DNA of 30,596 nucleotides, taken from assembly GCA_965649215.1 (NCBI GenBank), contig CBFGJZ010000015.1, positions 7,781-38,376 on the forward strand, in the 5' to 3' direction. This document shows, one piece after another, positions 27,735 to 30,596 of this stretch; positions within the stretch are counted from its first letter, which is position 1, and each line of letters starts with the position of its first letter. The notes beneath the pieces are model-generated. The model saw nothing but the letters and a program-made list of their open reading frames with translations. It was not told where the DNA came from and did not search any database. Both the position numbers and the translations under genes were made by a program. The DNA comes from a candidate division WOR-3 bacterium. Lineage in GTDB: Bacteria; Hydrothermota; Tepidihabitantia; Tepidihabitantales; CAIPLT01.

Positions 27735-27762
27735 ATTTTACAAAAAATTAAACTATTTTCAA
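27735..27762 (-). promoter_or_regulatory. Putative very-short-leader promoter for purF
   Basis: Minus-strand TTGAAA, 16-nt spacer, TAAAAT, then 11 nt to ATG; no SD. Confidence 0.5.
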
Positions 27763-27799
27763 GAATAAATTTTGTCTTACCACAAATATCGGTTGGCGT

Positions 27800-28099
27800 T
27801 TATGGTGAGATTGTTTCCGCCGGTATCATTTGATAATTATCTTGCAGATATTTTTTAAGATATCGCTCATCTTTACTTTTGTTAATTTTTGCTTGAATAA
27901 GTTCAGCTTTAATTTTTAACTGTTCAATATCTTTGTGTAGACACTGTTTTTGATAGTATTTATAAATAACTCTCGCTAAACCATTAGGGCCAGGAATGAA
28001 AAAAGCAACGACTAAAAAAAATATCGACAGATAAATAATTAATTTCTTCTTTCTGTCTTTCGGTCTTTCCCCGATTCGTTTATATGGATATTTATACAT
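27800..28099 (-). CDS. ftsB: Septum formation initiator (FtsB/DivIC-like), divergent
   Basis: Basic N-terminus, single TM, GPNG, coiled coil; lies immediately after eno, matching the conserved eno-ftsB order. Confidence 0.7.
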   Translation of the reverse strand: MYKYPYKRIGERPKDRKKKLIIYLSIFFLVVAFFIPGPNGLARVIYKYYQKQCLHKDIEQLKIKAELIQAKINKSKDERYLKKYLQDNYQMIPAETISP

Positions 28100-29356
28100 T
28101 TAACAATTCAGTTCTTGCTCGATTCTTAACAATCTATTATATTTACCGATTCGTTCACCTCGACACGGTGCACCTGTTTTTATTTGACCCGCATTTGTTG
28201 CAACAGCCAAATCAGCAATAAAAGTATCCTCGGTTTCACCAGAGCGATGAGAAATCACTACTTTATACCCATTAGTTTTAGCTAATTCAATACAAGCCAA
28301 TGTTTCACTCACCGTACCAATTTGATTTAATTTAATTAGAATTGCATTACCAATTCCATCCTCAATGCCTTTTTTAAATCGTTTGACATTGGTAACAAAA
28401 ATATCATCTCCGACTATTTGAATTTTATCACCTAAAACTCGGGTAAAATTTTGCCAACCCTGCCAATCATCTTGTGCCAATCCATCTTCAATTGAGATGA
28501 TCGGGTAATTTTCAATCCATTGTTGATACTTATCAATTAACTCTTCGCTGTTCATAGTGTAATTATCTAATTGCCAATAATACTTACCATTATTAAAAAA
28601 TTCACTTGCTGCTGGATCTAATGCTAAAAATATATCTTTGCCTGCTTCGAAACCAGCTTGTTCAATACTTTCTAGAATGATTTGGAGCGGTTCCTCATTG
28701 GAACTAAAATCTGCTGCAAATCCCCCTTCATCACCAACGGCTGTGCTATATCCCTTTGAACTTAAATACTTCTTTAGTGATTGATAAACTTCACTGCCAA
28801 TACGTAACATTTCTGCAAAGGCATATTTGTTCGATGGTACAATCATATATTCTTGAATATCTAAATTATTCGGAGCGTGGACTCCGCCATTAATAACATT
28901 AAACATTGGGGTTGGTAGTACTTTCCCATTAACACCACCTAAATAATGATATAAAGGAAGTCGCAAATAGTTTGCACCTGCTCGTGCCACTGCCATCGAA
29001 ACTCCAAGTAACGCATTGGCACCTAACTTTGCTTTATTTTCTGTTCCATCGAGTTCAATCAAAAGCTTATCAATCTGCTGTTGATGTAGTGCTTCTTTAC
29101 CAATTAATGCTAAATTGAGAGTTTCATTAACATTTTTAAGTGCTTTGAGGACTCCTTTTCCATTAAAGCGCTTTTTATCACCGTCTCGTAACTCTAAAGC
29201 TTCATAAATACCTGTTGATGCACCAGAAGGCACTGCTGCTCTACCGACAATTCCATTTTCTAAAATACAATCAACTTCAAGGGTTGGATTACCGCGTGAG
29301 TCTAAAATTTCTCGAGCCACCAACTGCTTTATCTTACTGCTACTGTAATGAATCAT
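28100..29356 (-). CDS. eno: Enolase
   Basis: [40 protein letters not shown]. Start ATG 29356 chosen because GGAG lies 8 nt upstream; overlaps the glyA 3' end by 17 nt. Confidence 0.98.
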   Translation of the reverse strand: MIHYSSSKIKQLVAREILDSRGNPTLEVDCILENGIVGRAAVPSGASTGIYEALELRDGDKKRFNGKGVLKALKNVNETLNLALIGKEALHQQQIDKLLIELDGTENKAKLGANALLGVSMAVARAGANYLRLPLYHYLGGVNGKVLPTPMFNVINGGVHAPNNLDIQEYMIVPSNKYAFAEMLRIGSEVYQSLKKYLSSKGYSTAVGDEGGFAADFSSNEEPLQIILESIEQAGFEAGKDIFLALDPAASEFFNNGKYYWQLDNYTMNSEELIDKYQQWIENYPIISIEDGLAQDDWQGWQNFTRVLGDKIQIVGDDIFVTNVKRFKKGIEDGIGNAILIKLNQIGTVSETLACIELAKTNGYKVVISHRSGETEDTFIADLAVATNAGQIKTGAPCRGERIGKYNRLLRIEQELNC

Positions 29357-30596
29357 AAATTTTTCTCCGTTCATGGTATAATGGAAAGGTTTCAGTTAAT
29401 TCTTTAACCTCAGCTTTAACTTCGCTATATACTTTTGAGTCATTTATATTGGTTAATACTTTATCGATTAAACGAGCAATCTTTTTCATTTCTAACTCTT
29501 TCATACCTCGCGTTGTCAGTGCTGGTGTTCCTAATCTAATACCTGAAGTGATAAACGGTTTTTGCGGGTCAAACGGAATTGTATTTCGATTAACTGTAAT
29601 ATCTGCTTTTCCGAGCGCATTTTCAGCATCGCGGCCCGTAATATTTTTATTCCGCAAATCAACTAAAATTAAATGAGTATCTGTTCCGCCTGCTACTAAT
29701 CGATAACCAAGTACTGATAATTCCTCAGCTAATGCTTTTGCATTACGAATAACTTGTTTCTGATAATTTTTAAACTCATCTGATAAAGCCTCTTTAAACG
29801 CCACTGCTTTGGCCGCAATAACATGTTCCAATGGTCCGCCTTGCATTCCTGGAAAAGTTGTCTTATCAATTAACTCCGCATATTTTGCTTTACACATAAT
29901 AATTGCCCCACGGGGACCTCGTAATGTCTTATGAGTTGTCGTTGTCACAACATCTGCATAAGGAATAGGTGTTGGATGAAGACCAGCGGCAATTAAACCT
30001 GCGGTGTGCGCAATATCTGCGACTTGATATGCTCCTACTTCCTCACATATCTCTTGAATCTTATCAAAATAGATAAAACGGGGATGTGCTGAAGCACCAC
30101 TGACAATAATTTTGGGTTTATGTTCTAATGCCAATTTATGTAATGCGTCATAGTCAATAACTTCAGTTTCGGGATGTACACCATAATGATATACTTGAAA
30201 ATATTTACCTGAAAAATTAATGGGATGCCCATGAGAGAGATGACCACCATGAGCCAAGTTCAATCCTAAAATAATATCGCCAGGATTTGCTAAAGCGAAA
30301 TAAGCTGTCATATTAGCTTGTGTGCCGGAATGCGGTTGTACATTCGCATGTTCCGCGCCAAAAAGAGTTTTAGCTCGTTCAATTGCTAAAGTCTCACCAA
30401 TATCAACGAATTCACATCCGCCATAATATCGTTTTTTGGGTAGTCCTTCAGCATACTTATTGGTTAAAACTGAACCCAAAGCAGATAAGACTGCTTCAGA
30501 ACAAAAATTTTCTGAGGCAATCAATTCCAAAGTAGAATGTTCACGATTCGTTTCATTTTTAATAACTTCAAAAATTTCTGGGTCTCTTTGTTTTAA
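29340..30596 (-). CDS. glyA: Serine hydroxymethyltransferase (true start lies beyond the window's right edge)
   Basis: [33 protein letters not shown]. The frame stays open to the edge ([30 protein letters not shown]). Confidence 0.98.
   Translation of the reverse strand, partial: LKQRDPEIFEVIKNETNREHSTLELIASENFCSEAVLSALGSVLTNKYAEGLPKKRYYGGCEFVDIGETLAIERAKTLFGAEHANVQPHSGTQANMTAYFALANPGDIILGLNLAHGGHLSHGHPINFSGKYFQVYHYGVHPETEVIDYDALHKLALEHKPKIIVSGASAHPRFIYFDKIQEICEEVGAYQVADIAHTAGLIAAGLHPTPIPYADVVTTTTHKTLRGPRGAIIMCKAKYAELIDKTTFPGMQGGPLEHVIAAKAVAFKEALSDEFKNYQKQVIRNAKALAEELSVLGYRLVAGGTDTHLILVDLRNKNITGRDAENALGKADITVNRNTIPFDPQKPFITSGIRLGTPALTTRGMKELEMKKIARLIDKVLTNINDSKVYSEVKAEVKELTETFPLYHERRKIYDSLQ

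Noticed and set aside
4164-29676. Short ORF-track entries overlapping larger genes (e.g. 4164-4445, 5666-5956, 5791-6111, 10942-11208, 11530-11820, 11977-12288, 14818-15087, 20674-20874, 26138-26422, 29449-29676)
   Set aside because: They are antisense or out-of-frame shadows of well-supported genes and show no recognisable motifs.
16218-30530. ORF-track start positions 18056, 24166, 29374 and 30530
   Set aside because: Replaced by 18308, 24148, 29356 and beyond-window respectively, based on SD position, gene overlaps and continued family-like sequence upstream.

Overview
AT-rich bacterial chromosomal segment made mostly of housekeeping genes, with no phage, IS or CRISPR array. In order it contains: partial manC, two tRNA-Ser genes, gltX, acylphosphatase, two large secreted proteins with T9SS-type C-terminal sorting domains (CTDs), lysS-lolC/E-lolD-mcsA-mcsB-speB, two unannotated Cys-rich microproteins, a PorZ-like beta-propeller, a WbaP-like priming glycosyltransferase, an Mvh-like [NiFe] hydrogenase pair, a four-gene uncharacterised membrane module (DUF6754-like), purF, ftsB-like, eno and partial glyA. 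The Kelch/Ig/CTD surface proteins resemble those I associate with candidate division WOR-3; this placement is an unverified inference. The strongest leads are: (1) a tandem pair of 51-54 aa paralogous microproteins, missed by the ORF track, with identical 8-Cys spacing and oppositely charged tails; (2) the tightly coupled four-gene membrane module, with a probable inverted-topology domain pair and an OmpA domain inserted inside an FN3 domain; (3) an ATT-initiated PorZ-like gene coupled to wbaP; (4) recurrent leaderless-type promoters; (5) a ~300-nt structured leader, modular palindromic repeats and a 12-nt periodic array around the 1193-aa surface-protein gene. All calls come from manual reading; no searches were run.
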